Part shown: piece by piece, positions 1-8,720 of the stretch
Position numbering within the stretch: the first letter of the stretch is position 1
Layout: each line of letters starts with the position of its first letter
From: a virus
Length of the DNA stretch: 64,000 nt
IMG/VR virus record: IMGVR_UViG_3300044712_000688
Span: 32,001-96,000 of that record
Reading direction: 5' to 3' (one strand)
Notes under the pieces: model-generated
What the model was told of the DNA's origin: nothing
The model's database searches: none
The model's input: only the letters and a program-made list of their open reading frames with translations
Translations under genes and position numbers: made by a program

Positions 1-1626
1 GTACGAACCACCTTCCTTAGTTGTTACGGCAGTTCCCTGTGAGATGTTGCGGAAGTGGACGTTATTAACGTTGGCGGTTCCACGAACAATCCACAAAGCC
101 GAACCGCGTTGCCAGTCAGCTGCGTATGTGTTCTGGATGGTGACATTAGATAGGTTTAGCGTTAGAGAGCTATTTCTCATGTCAAACGCTGTGAACTGGC
201 CGTTTCCGTCAATAATCGAGGTTGCTCGGTTGGCAGAAGTGATTGTGATGTTCTGAGTAATCAGCGGTAGATTTGCGGTCAGAACAATTGGCTCTGTCGT
301 CTTAATAGTGATGAGATCGTAGATACCGCCAGCTTGTGCGTTAGCCTGTGCGATTGCCCAGCGGAGGGTTCCTTCAGCTGTAGTGTCAGCTGTAGAGGTA
401 ACTTCTAGGCTGGTAGGTGGCAAAGTAATGGCAGAAATCGCATCTGCAACTGCTTGTTTTGCAACTGTAGCAGTGTTTATTGCATTTGTGAGGGCAGTAA
501 GAGTGGCAGAAACTACCTGTTGTGCATTGTCACGGATTGTTTCTAGGTTCTGAAGGTAGCTTGGGGCAGACAAATTGGTGTAATTTTGCTGAGAACTCGC
601 AAGTGTAGCAGTCGCTGAAGTTACTGCATTGGTTGCTGAAGTGTAATTTGGAGTCAAAGCATCTAATGTTGCCTGTGCATCTAGGTAAGTCTGGTAGGCA
701 TTTGCGTTGTATGAGTTGCTGGTGAATGTGAACTTATCTAGATAAAGGATGTCAAAGTCGCCTGGAATGACATAAGACTTAATAACTTTGCCAGAAGGTG
801 CAGTGTAGGAAACGTTGCAGTAGTAGTTAGGGCAGTTATTGTTTCCGACACCATTAGGATTTGTGAAGGTGGCGGTGGTGTCATCAGTGAAGGTAACGGT
901 AATTAGCTGGTCGCCATTACGTGCGTAGGTCTCGAAGCCTAGGGCGGTAGGTGAGGAGTTTGTAGGTGGAATTATTGTCAGACCTTGGCCCCACTGGTTC
1001 ACAAAGATGCGTCCGCTTGTAAGCATTGGGTTGCCAGTGTTAGACGCAATAGGGGTTGTACCAGCTAGCAGGAAGCGAATACCTGATGTGATCTGGTTAC
1101 CGTCAAAGTTCTCGATGATGTTCGAGTTGACAACGGTTGATTGATAGTTATTGAAGGCAGTATTTCTAGCAGACAAAGCTGCAGAATAGCTTGGTTGTAG
1201 GGCTGTCAGGGAAGCGGTAGCTGAGTCATAGTTTGCTTGGGCAACATCTAACGAAGCCTGAGCTGTAGCGATCTGCCTTGGAACAGCGCTAACGTTTGTC
1301 TGCGCTGTTTGAAGTGAAGCTAGTGCGCTGTAGTAGTTCTGTAGGGCTGTAGACGCATTTGCAACTTCTGATGAAAAAGTACCTAGGGTTGATGCAAACG
1401 TATTAAGTTCGTTGATCCTAGAAGAAGCGTAGGTCTGGTAGTGCCCTGTATAAGTTGAATACTGCTGGGTGTAGCTCTGTAGGTCCTGCTGGAGCCCTGC
1501 AACCTGCTGAGCAGGGTCTTCGGACGCATATGAGATTGTAGAGCCAACTGTTAGCGGAAATAGGAAAGCAAGGCTTACCGCTAAATATGCACTTAATAGA
1601 GGTCTATTTCTTAGGCTTAGACGCAT
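1..1626 (-). CDS. Large secreted/surface protein, 3' end outside window (signal peptide, Ala/Ser/Thr/Gln coiled-coil segments, beta-helix-like region)
   Basis: Not in ORF track because it runs off the window. I read the frame from ATG at 1626 to base 1 with no stop (542 codons). It starts MRLSLRNRPLLSAYLAVSLAFLFPLTVGSTISYA (signal-peptide-like) and later reads STADTTAEGTLRWAIAQAN...NITITS...LSNVTIQN. Confidence 0.8.
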   Translation of the reverse strand, partial: MRLSLRNRPLLSAYLAVSLAFLFPLTVGSTISYASEDPAQQVAGLQQDLQSYTQQYSTYTGHYQTYASSRINELNTFASTLGTFSSEVANASTALQNYYSALASLQTAQTNVSAVPRQIATAQASLDVAQANYDSATASLTALQPSYSAALSARNTAFNNYQSTVVNSNIIENFDGNQITSGIRFLLAGTTPIASNTGNPMLTSGRIFVNQWGQGLTIIPPTNSSPTALGFETYARNGDQLITVTFTDDTTATFTNPNGVGNNNCPNYYCNVSYTAPSGKVIKSYVIPGDFDILYLDKFTFTSNSYNANAYQTYLDAQATLDALTPNYTSATNAVTSATATLASSQQNYTNLSAPSYLQNLETIRDNAQQVVSATLTALTNAINTATVAKQAVADAISAITLPPTSLEVTSTADTTAEGTLRWAIAQANAQAGGIYDLITIKTTEPIVLTANLPLITQNITITSANRATSIIDGNGQFTAFDMRNSSLTLNLSNVTIQNTYAADWQRGSALWIVRGTANVNNVHFRNISQGTAVTTKEGGSY

Positions 1627-1909
1627 TTGAGGAGTCTTCTCCAGCTTCTTTGAGGCGGACAACTTGAGAGAAAATCATGTTGACTTCACTTCGGCTGATC
1701 TTTCCGTCCTCTAAGAAAGCGAGAGCTAGCTTCTCAACAACCTTTGCAACTGCTAGCAGACCACCAAGCGCGGCAGACATCCATACATCTAAACCAATAA
1801 TTGAGCCAGCTCCGATTACGCCGAGTGCGCTGGCAATGAATGTGGCTATAACCCTGTACGTGATGTCGAGGGTTAGCCCGGCTTTGCTGTTCTTATTTTT
1901 TGTAGACAA
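1604..1909 (-). CDS. Small two-TM membrane protein (holin-like), C-terminal DGKISRSEVN EF-hand-like loop
   Basis: Two hydrophobic segments and a basic C-terminus; TTG start; overlaps start of the surface protein gene. Confidence 0.6.
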   Translation of the reverse strand: MSTKNKNSKAGLTLDITYRVIATFIASALGVIGAGSIIGLDVWMSAALGGLLAVAKVVEKLALAFLEDGKISRSEVNMIFSQVVRLKEAGEDSSNASKPKK

Positions 1910-2017
1910 AATGGAGGCTCCGATTAGGTGGCCTCTCCCCGATACCTATTTTACCATGTATAGCTTGCGCTGAATCGCCGTAGATGTTAGTATTTAGGGG
2001 ACCTTAAGGAGGTTACT

Positions 2018-2164
2018 GTGGTAATTTCATTCGTTCTAGATTGGGCTTCATTTGTTGCCGGAGTGGTGACAACCCTACTAGTCAGCTTCATTGGGCTGTT
2101 TGTTGTTGCTGGTATTCAGTACCGTAAGCACTCTCGTGGCACCGGACGCCGAGGCCGTATCTAA
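2018..2164 (+). CDS. 48-aa membrane protein
   Basis: AAGGAGG RBS at 2006-2012, GTG start, one TM followed by Arg-rich tail; below ORF-track cut-off. Confidence 0.65.
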   Translation: MVISFVLDWASFVAGVVTTLLVSFIGLFVVAGIQYRKHSRGTGRRGRI

Positions 2165-2178
2165 GTTATACTTAGAGC

Positions 2179-2358
2179 ATGGAAGATAGCTGGAGCTTAG
2201 TGTTGTTGGTGGTCGTTGTTATATGGCTACTATCAATACTAAGTTTTAGCATCTACTTCTGGCTTAGGGTTATGCCCGTTCTAAAGCAACTTCAGGAAGA
2301 GCCAGACGGAAACATGCAGCTGGTGAAGATCTTTTTCCCGCCTAAGTTCCACCGCTAA
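2179..2358 (+). CDS. 59-aa membrane protein
   Basis: MEDSWSLVLLVVVVIWLLSILSFSIYFWLR, single TM; below ORF-track cut-off. Confidence 0.55.
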   Translation: MEDSWSLVLLVVVVIWLLSILSFSIYFWLRVMPVLKQLQEEPDGNMQLVKIFFPPKFHR

Positions 2359-2576
2359 GAGAAACTCTCTTCTTCTTCCTCTGGCCCCCACGCATATAAC
2401 TTTGCAGTGCTTAGTAGATCTATAGCTTCATAAGCTAGGGCTTCTACTGCAAGTAGCAGGTCCGCCTTCTTCTCTGGGTCCGTAGGTTCTTCTACCTCGT
2501 AATGCGCCTCTTGGATGGCATAAGTACATAGCTCTATACGTTCTAGAGCTCGGCGCAGTGGATCCCTGGTTTCCAT
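2355..2576 (-). CDS. Acidic hypothetical protein
   Basis: ORF track; TAAAAT -10 element ends 6 nt before ATG (leaderless geometry). Confidence 0.7.
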   Translation of the reverse strand: METRDPLRRALERIELCTYAIQEAHYEVEEPTDPEKKADLLLAVEALAYEAIDLLSTAKLYAWGPEEEEESFS

Positions 2577-2605
2577 GAAACTATTTTAGCTTGGGATACT
2601 TTACC

Positions 2606-3619
2606 CTATTTAAGAAGTGCGTAAACCTTTTCGGTGACGTGTAGTGGTTTGTCTGCTGGACCCTTCACATATGAATCAATCCAGATGCGCTTGCGCTTCC
2701 ATTCCTTGTTGGCATCTTTATATGGTTGCCAGCGCCAGAATCCGTTTACAACCCAGCGGTGCGAATACTCTCGATCGCTTGATCCCCCGGAACTCGCAAC
2801 TGTTGCGTACTTACGTCGAATGTCAATGACCGTAACTTCGGTTGGCATCTTGCTTTTTGTAAGTCGAGCTGCTTTTTTCTTAGTAGCTTCGGCCTTAGAT
2901 AGATGGATTACCTCTGGTTCTTGGTTGAGCATGAGCATTAGAGCGTGAAAAACCTGCCTAGGATCTAGGTCAATTGCGTGCACGCTATACATTTCGCGAC
3001 TCTTAGCAGTGAACTCTTCGCGCTCTTCGGGGGTAACAGGAGAGAGTTGAGTTCCTTCGCGATATGAAAGGTTGAACCTAAATACCCAGCGTTCCCGTTT
3101 AATCTGGTCAAAGCCGTGGCGCTCTAGGTACTCTGTCCATGACCCCTTGGAGCCGTCCGCTTCGTTGAACTTATCATTCAGTCCGTAAACAAGAACGTTA
3201 CTAGGATCCTTAGGCTGTTCGCACCACAACAAAGCGTGAATAGTCATGCCCTCGGATACCTTAATACCCTGCGCAAAGTAGCAGAACCCGTACTTACTAG
3301 GTAGTAGCGTTAGATCTGTAAGGTCGGTATTGTCCATTGCTCCGGCGGATGCCTGGATAACTGCAGACATCTCTGGGTCGCAGTAGAAAACCTTTGGATT
3401 ACTATTGGCAACTGCAGCTACGCCGAACGCTAGGTAGTCGGCGCTTTCTTTAAGTTCCTTACCGTCAGTGCGCTTAGTTGGGTCAATCCCTTGAACAATA
3501 GAGTTGTTTACAAGGGTAGTAGCAAGGATCCTAAAGGAGCTTGCTTCAATGAACTGGTCATTCCTACTTACCTTAGCTAGGTCCGCGAGTAGTTCTAATG
3601 TATCTCGTGCATTAATCAT
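2606..3619 (-). CDS. Conserved phage hypothetical protein with C-terminal HRWVVNGFWRWQPY...RKRIWIDSYVKGP motif
   Basis: 337-aa ORF; C-terminal motif recognisable from other phage hypotheticals; leaderless promoter upstream. Confidence 0.75.
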   Translation of the reverse strand: MINARDTLELLADLAKVSRNDQFIEASSFRILATTLVNNSIVQGIDPTKRTDGKELKESADYLAFGVAAVANSNPKVFYCDPEMSAVIQASAGAMDNTDLTDLTLLPSKYGFCYFAQGIKVSEGMTIHALLWCEQPKDPSNVLVYGLNDKFNEADGSKGSWTEYLERHGFDQIKRERWVFRFNLSYREGTQLSPVTPEEREEFTAKSREMYSVHAIDLDPRQVFHALMLMLNQEPEVIHLSKAEATKKKAARLTKSKMPTEVTVIDIRRKYATVASSGGSSDREYSHRWVVNGFWRWQPYKDANKEWKRKRIWIDSYVKGPADKPLHVTEKVYALLK

Positions 3620-3625
3620 GCTCTG

Positions 3626-3654
3626 ACCCTACACCTCATATATAGATATGTCAA
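3626..3654 (-). promoter_or_regulatory. Sigma-70/HrdB-type promoter TTGACA-N17-TAGGGT, ATG 7 nt downstream (leaderless)
   Basis: Direct reading of minus strand. Confidence 0.7.
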
Positions 3655-3740
3655 CCCGCGGTGTGGGCCGCGCCGACGACGGGCTTAAAACTAGAGGGGG
3701 TGGCGGGGGCGGGAAGTCGTAGTAGGTATATGGGCAAAAT

Positions 3741-3905
3741 AAGTTCGAACGAAGGATTCGTTGGAAGTAAAAAATAATAGACGCCGGTATTTAGATTCCT
3801 GTATCTAGATTCCTGTATCTGGATTCCTGAAATGCAATGCAGGAAATAAAGTTCTGGTATTTGACTTAAGTTGCTGCAACTTCGAATGAAGGTTCGTTGG
3901 AAGTT
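3741..3905. promoter_or_regulatory. Two inverted pairs of the 13-bp motif TTCGTTNGAAGTT
   Basis: AAGTTCGAACGAA (3741) + TTCGTTGGAAGTA (3757); AACTTCGAATGAA (3878) + TTCGTTGGAAGTT (3893). Confidence 0.7.
3792..3829 (+). repeat. 14-bp tandem repeat (TAGATTCCTGTATC) x about 2.7
   Basis: tagattcctgtatc tagattcctgtatc tggattcctg. Confidence 0.85.
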
Positions 3906-4351
3906 TACCTGGGAGGAACGTTACCGTTCCGTTATAAAAGAAAAAGATGGAAGGGTTAGGGTGAAAATGATAGACGCCGATATACGGATATAAGAAGCAG
4001 AGGCAGAGGAAAAGAAGGGTGAAGTGTAGCAGGGTGGGTTGGAGTATAGAAGGGTATGGGATTTAAGGCAAATGATAAACGCCGTTATTTATTTTGATAA
4101 TATCCGAAGGATCGGAGCTAAGGTAGGGTGGGTTATTAGCAAGAAGGGAGAAAAAAGAAGTGGAAAATTTTGCTAATGAAACTATGGTATCTATCTACTA
4201 TTAAATTATTAGTGATTATATTTCCTATTCACGCGCGAGAGATTTTTCCTAGCGCTGAATGTAAACCATAGTCGTTGATAGATTTATAGAAAAGTGATAG
4301 TATGTAATTGCTTGTAATTTGACATTTGACTTTTGAGATTGGAGAAAGGTT

Positions 4352-4810
4352 ATGAGTGATGTTTTTGACTTCCTAGGTGTAGACGAAAACGAAGCCGAGG
4401 AATATCTGAAAGAGATCGAGAACGGCAAACATATTCAGGATCGACGAGTTTGTATTTGTGGACATCCGATGGTGCGCCACAAGTTGGAAGTTGACCTGGG
4501 ATACTTTGTTTGCAGTCCAAACGCAGCTGGTTGTTTGTGTAGGACACCAAGGGCAGTGTTGGAGACCGGAGACTTGCGTAAGTTCTTGCGGAGTACCAAA
4601 GGAATGGGTTCGTCTCATGCTTTGACCCAGGGAATGTTGGCAGCTAAGAAGGCTGATGTTGAGATGAACTGGATTGAACAACCAAGCTGTGACAAGTGTG
4701 GCGCAAGTGGAGTTAAAGTTATTCCAGCACCAGTAAGTCCAAATGGTCAGATCTTGGACAAAGCAAGTCGTTTGAACGTCTTCTTGTGTCAAGACTGTCT
4801 TTTGTTGTAG
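4352..4810 (+). CDS. Cys/His-rich zinc-finger protein
   Basis: CICGHPMVRH, CxxxxxxCLC, CDKC, CQDC; GAGAAAGG RBS. Confidence 0.75.
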   Translation: MSDVFDFLGVDENEAEEYLKEIENGKHIQDRRVCICGHPMVRHKLEVDLGYFVCSPNAAGCLCRTPRAVLETGDLRKFLRSTKGMGSSHALTQGMLAAKKADVEMNWIEQPSCDKCGASGVKVIPAPVSPNGQILDKASRLNVFLCQDCLLL

Positions 4811-4811
4811 G

Positions 4812-5036
4812 ATGGGGTTTAAGATGATGAAAGAAGAAGCTGCCCGATATCTTGAAGAACACATTCAAGTATTGGTAGACTACGATCTGATTGATTCAGG
4901 AGTAGCGGAAACGCTAACTGAATATATCTGGAAAGCTATCGGGGACATTGATCCGGTGGTTGACGTTGACTCACTAAACCAGATTTGGAAAAAATTTGGA
5001 GAAGAGGAAGAAGGACTAGGCCATGGGTCTATTTGA
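4812..5036 (+). CDS. Acidic hypothetical protein
   Basis: ORF track, operon-like spacing. Confidence 0.65.
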   Translation: MGFKMMKEEAARYLEEHIQVLVDYDLIDSGVAETLTEYIWKAIGDIDPVVDVDSLNQIWKKFGEEEEGLGHGSI

Positions 5037-5349
5037 TTGGTTCCGCAAGGACAAGAAGAACACGCCAGCTGGTGTTGAGCGTGACGATAATGGTCGCTGG
5101 GTTGAGATTGAGGTAGTCCCAGCAACCGTATCTGGCAAGATTGATTCAATCCCAGAAATCAAGATTGAAGACAAGACTAAGCCAAAGCCAAAGCCTAAGC
5201 CGAAGAAGGTTGTTGCACCTACAACAAAGACTAAGCCAGTGGCTAAGTCGGCGGAGAAGAAGGAAGCAATCAAGAAGGATCTTGCTGACACTCCAGTTGC
5301 TAAGGCAAAGCCAAAGCCAAAGCCAAAGACCACTCCTAAAAAGAAGTAG
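5023..5349 (+). CDS. Lys/Pro/Ala-rich low-complexity (histone-like) protein
   Basis: KPKPKPK repeats twice, basic C-terminal half; GAAGGA RBS. Confidence 0.7.
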   Translation: MGLFDWFRKDKKNTPAGVERDDNGRWVEIEVVPATVSGKIDSIPEIKIEDKTKPKPKPKPKKVVAPTTKTKPVAKSAEKKEAIKKDLADTPVAKAKPKPKPKTTPKKK

Positions 5350-5380
5350 GATGGATGTATAGGCGGGAGAGCCTGTACTC

Positions 5381-5418
5381 AAACGGGTCAGTTTTCGGAC
5401 TGGCCCGTTTTCTTTTTT
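5381..5418 (+). terminator. Intrinsic terminator
   Basis: aaacgggtcagt-tttcg-gactggcccgttt followed by T tract. Confidence 0.8.
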
Positions 5419-5435
5419 GTTGATAGAATTTAAAC

Positions 5436-6449
5436 ATGCTACCTACTTGGGACAAACCAGAATTCAACTCAGAGTACTACGAAGACCAGAGATATCTTTC
5501 CTTGAATGAACGAGGGATGTTTGTTGCGAACGAGACTAGTCGGATGAATGGTCACGGTGGCAAAATCATTGATTTGATTTCGGACGATAGGAAAGTCGTC
5601 ATTCCGATTCAGACCGCGTACTTCCATGTACTTACAGAGATTCTTCCTATCATCGTCAGCGAGATCAACGATGCTGAGTTAGACGGGAAGACGGTCCACT
5701 TTGTTTTGGGGATTGATGCCGGACAAGAGATGTTCCTAAGTACTCACGTGGCCCAGGTCTACGAGCATGTAAATAATCAGATAGTTCGTCATGGACACAA
5801 GGTTTCTTCGGTGGCATTGAGCAGTAATGACGAGCTGCTTATTGACAACTTTGCTATCTACAGGCAGTGCAATAGCAACTTGGCCTTGATTAGGAATGTT
5901 TCGGCATTCGTACTTGATGGCGTTGTTGATTTATCCAAGGTGGAACCAACTAGGAAGGTTTACCTGAGCCGAAGCAAGACTCTATCGAACAGTGTGTTTA
6001 GGGCAACGGATGAAGAATATCTAACACTGAGCATCGATGAGATTCGAGAGAAGTACAAGTACAAGATAAGCGATCGTGTTGATGACGAAGCTTTGTTGGA
6101 AGAATACTTTTCTGGGATGGGCTTCGAGATTATCTATCCAGAAGATATCAAGTCGTTTGAAGATCAGCTCAAGTTGGTTTCAGAAATCAAGACGGTTGTT
6201 TCAATCACCAGTGCAGGTCTAACTTCGATGATGTTCATGAAGCCAGGCGGAGTGGTCATCGAGTTGTCTACCCCACTAGACATCCTCATGGGTGAGGACA
6301 AGCACTTCATTTCTATCCACCCTCACTATCTCTACCTCGCTCACGAGTTCAAGCACATCTATGTTTCGCTACCGCACAGTAGGTCGGCCACCGAAATTGT
6401 TGAACGGATTACAAGCGATTCAAAAATCAAGAACCTATTTTCCAACTAG
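5436..6449 (+). CDS. Glycosyltransferase family 61 (DUF563)-like
   Basis: KVYLSRS...RVDDEALLEEYFSGMGFEIIYPE..SFEDQLKL......SITSAGLTSMMFMKPGGVVIEL, typical GT61 C-terminal motif; TAGAAT 6 nt before ATG. Confidence 0.8.
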   Translation: MLPTWDKPEFNSEYYEDQRYLSLNERGMFVANETSRMNGHGGKIIDLISDDRKVVIPIQTAYFHVLTEILPIIVSEINDAELDGKTVHFVLGIDAGQEMFLSTHVAQVYEHVNNQIVRHGHKVSSVALSSNDELLIDNFAIYRQCNSNLALIRNVSAFVLDGVVDLSKVEPTRKVYLSRSKTLSNSVFRATDEEYLTLSIDEIREKYKYKISDRVDDEALLEEYFSGMGFEIIYPEDIKSFEDQLKLVSEIKTVVSITSAGLTSMMFMKPGGVVIELSTPLDILMGEDKHFISIHPHYLYLAHEFKHIYVSLPHSRSATEIVERITSDSKIKNLFSN

Positions 6450-6455
6450 GACGAA

Positions 6456-7802
6456 ATGAACAAAGCACTTCTGTTCGATCTTGATGGAGTTCTGGTTGAT
6501 AGCCGAGAGCTTCACTTCGAAGCACTGAACTTGGCTTTGGCAGAGATTGACCCGAAGTATGTGATTAGTCTCGATGAGCAAGCAACAACTTACGAAGGAC
6601 TCACAACCAAAGTCAAGCTCGAGATTCTGAACAAGACCAGGGGATTTCCAGCCGATAGGTTCAAAGATGTTTGGCGGAGCAAGCAAAACCACACGGCTAA
6701 ACTATTTGAAAGTTTGAAAGAAGACCCAGAGCTCATCGAGATCTTTGAGCTTATTGAGAGCAGGGGTTTCAAGGTTGGTGTTGTCAGCAACAGCATCCGA
6801 CAAACTTTGGATGTGTGTCTTGAGAAACTAGGTATTGCTGAGTACATTGATTTGTCACTAAGTAACGAAGAAGTTTTGGAAGTCAAGCCATCCCCTAGCG
6901 GATACAAGATGGCAATGATTGGTTTGAAGTCCGACACCTTGACCACAGCCATCTTCGAAGATAGCATTGTAGGTAGACTTGCAGCTGAACAATCTGGTGC
7001 AAAGTTGGTGCCGGTAGACCAAAGAAAAGATCTAACGAAAGACTTGGTTGTAAAAGTGATGGATGACCTAGAGCAAAGTTCAGGGCCAGTCTTTAATATT
7101 CTTATCCCGATGGCTGGAGCCGGAAGCAGGTTCGCCGAGAAGGGATACGAGAAGCCAAAGTTTTTCATCGATGTTTGTGGCAAACCTATGATTCAACAGG
7201 TGGTGTCATCCTTGGGTATGAGTGGCCACTTCATTTATGTGACCCAATCAGAACACGCAAAGAAGTACGGGCTAAAAGATATTCTGCCGAGTTTAACTCC
7301 CGATGCTTCAGCGGTCACAGTTATCGAGGTCAACGAACTAACCTCGGGAGCTGCCACCACCACCCTCTTGGCTGAACCACTGATCGATAACGATGCTCCA
7401 CTAATCATTTGCAACTCAGACCAACTGGTCCAATGGGCGTCAAAAGATTTCTTGACCTATGCAGGGGACAATAACCTAGACGGATGTATTGCCATCTTTA
7501 GAAGCAACGAACCCCGATGGTCTTATGTAGAGACTTCGGACGGACAAGCCACTCGAGTTGCCGAGAAGGAAGTCATCAGTGATTTGGCAACGGTAGGTAT
7601 CTACTACTGGAAGCATGGCTCAGACTATGTGAAGTATGCCCACCAGATGGTCGCGAAACAGGTCACGACTAATGGCGAATTTTATGTCTGCCCTGTCTAT
7701 AATGAAGCTATCCAAGATGGTAAGAACATCGGTGTCTTTATGGTTGACAAGATGATCAGCCTAGGAACCCCAGAAGATTTGGAGGCATATGTCAACGGCT
7801 AA
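6456..7802 (+). CDS. HAD-family phosphatase fused to sugar-phosphate nucleotidyltransferase
   Basis: N-terminal LLFDLDGVLVD, KPSP, IFEDS; C-terminal ILIPMAGAGSRF...PK...V.GKPMI, NSDQ, TVGIYYW, LGTPEDL. Confidence 0.9.
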   Translation: MNKALLFDLDGVLVDSRELHFEALNLALAEIDPKYVISLDEQATTYEGLTTKVKLEILNKTRGFPADRFKDVWRSKQNHTAKLFESLKEDPELIEIFELIESRGFKVGVVSNSIRQTLDVCLEKLGIAEYIDLSLSNEEVLEVKPSPSGYKMAMIGLKSDTLTTAIFEDSIVGRLAAEQSGAKLVPVDQRKDLTKDLVVKVMDDLEQSSGPVFNILIPMAGAGSRFAEKGYEKPKFFIDVCGKPMIQQVVSSLGMSGHFIYVTQSEHAKKYGLKDILPSLTPDASAVTVIEVNELTSGAATTTLLAEPLIDNDAPLIICNSDQLVQWASKDFLTYAGDNNLDGCIAIFRSNEPRWSYVETSDGQATRVAEKEVISDLATVGIYYWKHGSDYVKYAHQMVAKQVTTNGEFYVCPVYNEAIQDGKNIGVFMVDKMISLGTPEDLEAYVNG

Positions 7803-8226
7803 GCTAATCTCACACCGAGGCAACATTGACGGCCCGAACCCAGAACTTGAGAACACCCCTTCGTATCTAGTTCAAGCTTTGAATGTAGGAGTCGAAGTCG
7901 AAGTTGATGTCTGGGTCATTGATGGGAAGATCTTCTTCGGACACGATGCCCCACAGCACGAAGTTGGTGAGACCTTCGTTGAGCTCATCCATCGTGATGC
8001 TTGGTTCCATTGTAAAAATCTAGGGGCCCTTGACTACTTCTCAAAGAAGGACCAAGGCTACAAGTTCTTCTGGCACCAGTCCGATGACTACACCCTAACC
8101 AGCCACGGACAGATTTGGGTCTATCCAGGCAAACCTTTCACGAAGGATTCGATTGTCGTTGACCTCCGCCCCGACCACAACTACGGCGAGGGTGAAGTCT
8201 ATGCCGTCTGTGTTGATTACGTCTAG
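7789..8226 (+). CDS. Glycerophosphodiester phosphodiesterase-like protein
   Basis: LISHRGN...ENT...VEVDVW...GHD...HCKN motifs. Confidence 0.75.
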   Translation: MSTAKLISHRGNIDGPNPELENTPSYLVQALNVGVEVEVDVWVIDGKIFFGHDAPQHEVGETFVELIHRDAWFHCKNLGALDYFSKKDQGYKFFWHQSDDYTLTSHGQIWVYPGKPFTKDSIVVDLRPDHNYGEGEVYAVCVDYV

Positions 8227-8234
8227 GAATCACT

Positions 8235-8510
8235 ATGGACGAAGACAAACTGATAAAGATTAAGTTAGCTGCCGAGTATGCTCAGGTCAGTGAAGGAACA
8301 ATCTATAACTGGATTAGGCAAGGTTTTCTGAAGTTAGGCTTCCCTGGATACGTCCTTGAATCCGATCTTCGGCGAGCAATCATTTTCGTCAGTGACCACA
8401 AAAAAGAACAAGCCAAGTCGCGTAGTGAGAAGTTCAAGCGTGATGAGAACGGCAAGTTCCGACTTCTATCGGGTGACCTGAACGGTAAAACCGAGGGCGG
8501 ATTACTATAG
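8235..8510 (+). CDS. Excisionase/MerR-like HTH DNA-binding protein
   Basis: IKLAAEYAQVSEGTIYNWIRQGFL. Confidence 0.7.
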   Translation: MDEDKLIKIKLAAEYAQVSEGTIYNWIRQGFLKLGFPGYVLESDLRRAIIFVSDHKKEQAKSRSEKFKRDENGKFRLLSGDLNGKTEGGLL

Positions 8511-8720
8511 CAGGGTGGTTAGATACCCCCAAAGATTTGTTAATAAAAGAGGGAAAAGGCAGCCGTCTCCCTCTCCACGCGCAAAATTTTCGTCCGACTT
8601 CGTCCGAAGATAAATCAACATTAGTGGCGTCGCGTAAAATTAATACAGCGGCGGCTCGTTTACAAGTCCTCTCCCCAGTTAAGCGGGCCGTCGCCCTAAC
8701 TTCGAACGAAAGTTCATGAG

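Noticed and set aside
5023-5349. KPKPK and EEAPV tandem repeats (also about 56290-56340) as VNTR/DGR signals
   Set aside because: Ordinary low-complexity coding repeats; no reverse transcriptase or template/variable repeat pair seen
8235-8510. Excisionase implying a prophage or temperate lifestyle
   Set aside because: No integrase, att site or host genes in the window; generic HTH only
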